This document shows positions 63,705 to 64,000 of a stretch of DNA of 64,000 nt, in pieces. The stretch spans positions 5,344,001 through 5,408,000 of the forward strand of contig CBDCTK010000002.1 in assembly GCA_965222225.1 (NCBI GenBank). Reading direction: 5' to 3'. The notes beneath the pieces were generated by a model. It searched no databases and was not told where the DNA came from. It saw only the letters and a program-made list of their open reading frames with translations. The position numbers and the translations under genes were made by a program. The DNA comes from Candidatus Poribacteria bacterium. GTDB lineage: Bacteria > Poribacteria > WGA-4E > JAJDTR01. How positions within the stretch are numbered: position 1 is the first letter of the stretch; the number at the start of each line of letters is the position of its first letter.

Positions 63705-64000
63705 ATGCCGAATCTATCAGTACTCATGCGTCAAAAACTCTCATTACTGTTAATCATACTCCTTACCGCGGTTTACGGCTGCGACAACCAGAAAACCAAG
63801 GGTGCGGCGCCGGAGAAAACTCAAGCCAAGAAAGAGAAAATATGGCTATCAATCCTCGGTGGGGCTATAGGCGGTACCTTCTCTCCCTTTGCCGCTGGCG
63901 TAGGTAACGTGGTCTCGAAGGCGGAATCCCACATCAAAATCTCTGTCGAGGCCTCCGCTGGATCCATTGAAAATGTACGTCGGGTCAACGGTAGCCCGGA
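63705..64000 (+). CDS. TAXI-family TRAP transporter solute-binding lipoprotein (partial, runs off window)
   Basis: Lipobox VYGC; ILGGAIGGTFSP...VEASAGSIENVRRV (translated by hand). Confidence 0.8.
   Translation, partial: MPNLSVLMRQKLSLLLIILLTAVYGCDNQKTKGAAPEKTQAKKEKIWLSILGGAIGGTFSPFAAGVGNVVSKAESHIKISVEASAGSIENVRRVNGSP

Overview
Bacterial chromosomal window, probably Candidatus Poribacteria (inferred from gene content and repeat style; not verifiable here). The coding content is mostly housekeeping: mfd, three parvulin foldases plus an LptD-like protein with parvulin domains inserted in it, a complete Pup-proteasome operon (arc-dop-pup-prcB-prcA-pafA), recA/thpR/pgsA/lolA, trpB, scpAB, thrC, msrA and the ylxM-ffh-rpsP-khpA-ylqD-trmD-rplS-rnhB-yraN cluster. 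It also holds a porin plus triheme cytochrome pair, two near-identical IS1595-family elements and several pseudogenes. The most striking signal is non-coding: a ~36-nt element (G|ATCAA-XX-GA-YY-GRNYA-Y'Y'-GA-X'X'-GCGATAG-ARATCCC) at about 25 intergenic loci. Its variable dinucleotides covary as base pairs around invariant tandem G.A mismatches. It lies almost only on the + strand regardless of gene direction, is inserted without target duplication into GTAG-type REP hairpins, and nests inside itself up to three levels deep. This looks like a structure-selected single-stranded-DNA mini mobile element; no cognate enzyme is encoded in the window. All alignments and counts were done by eye.
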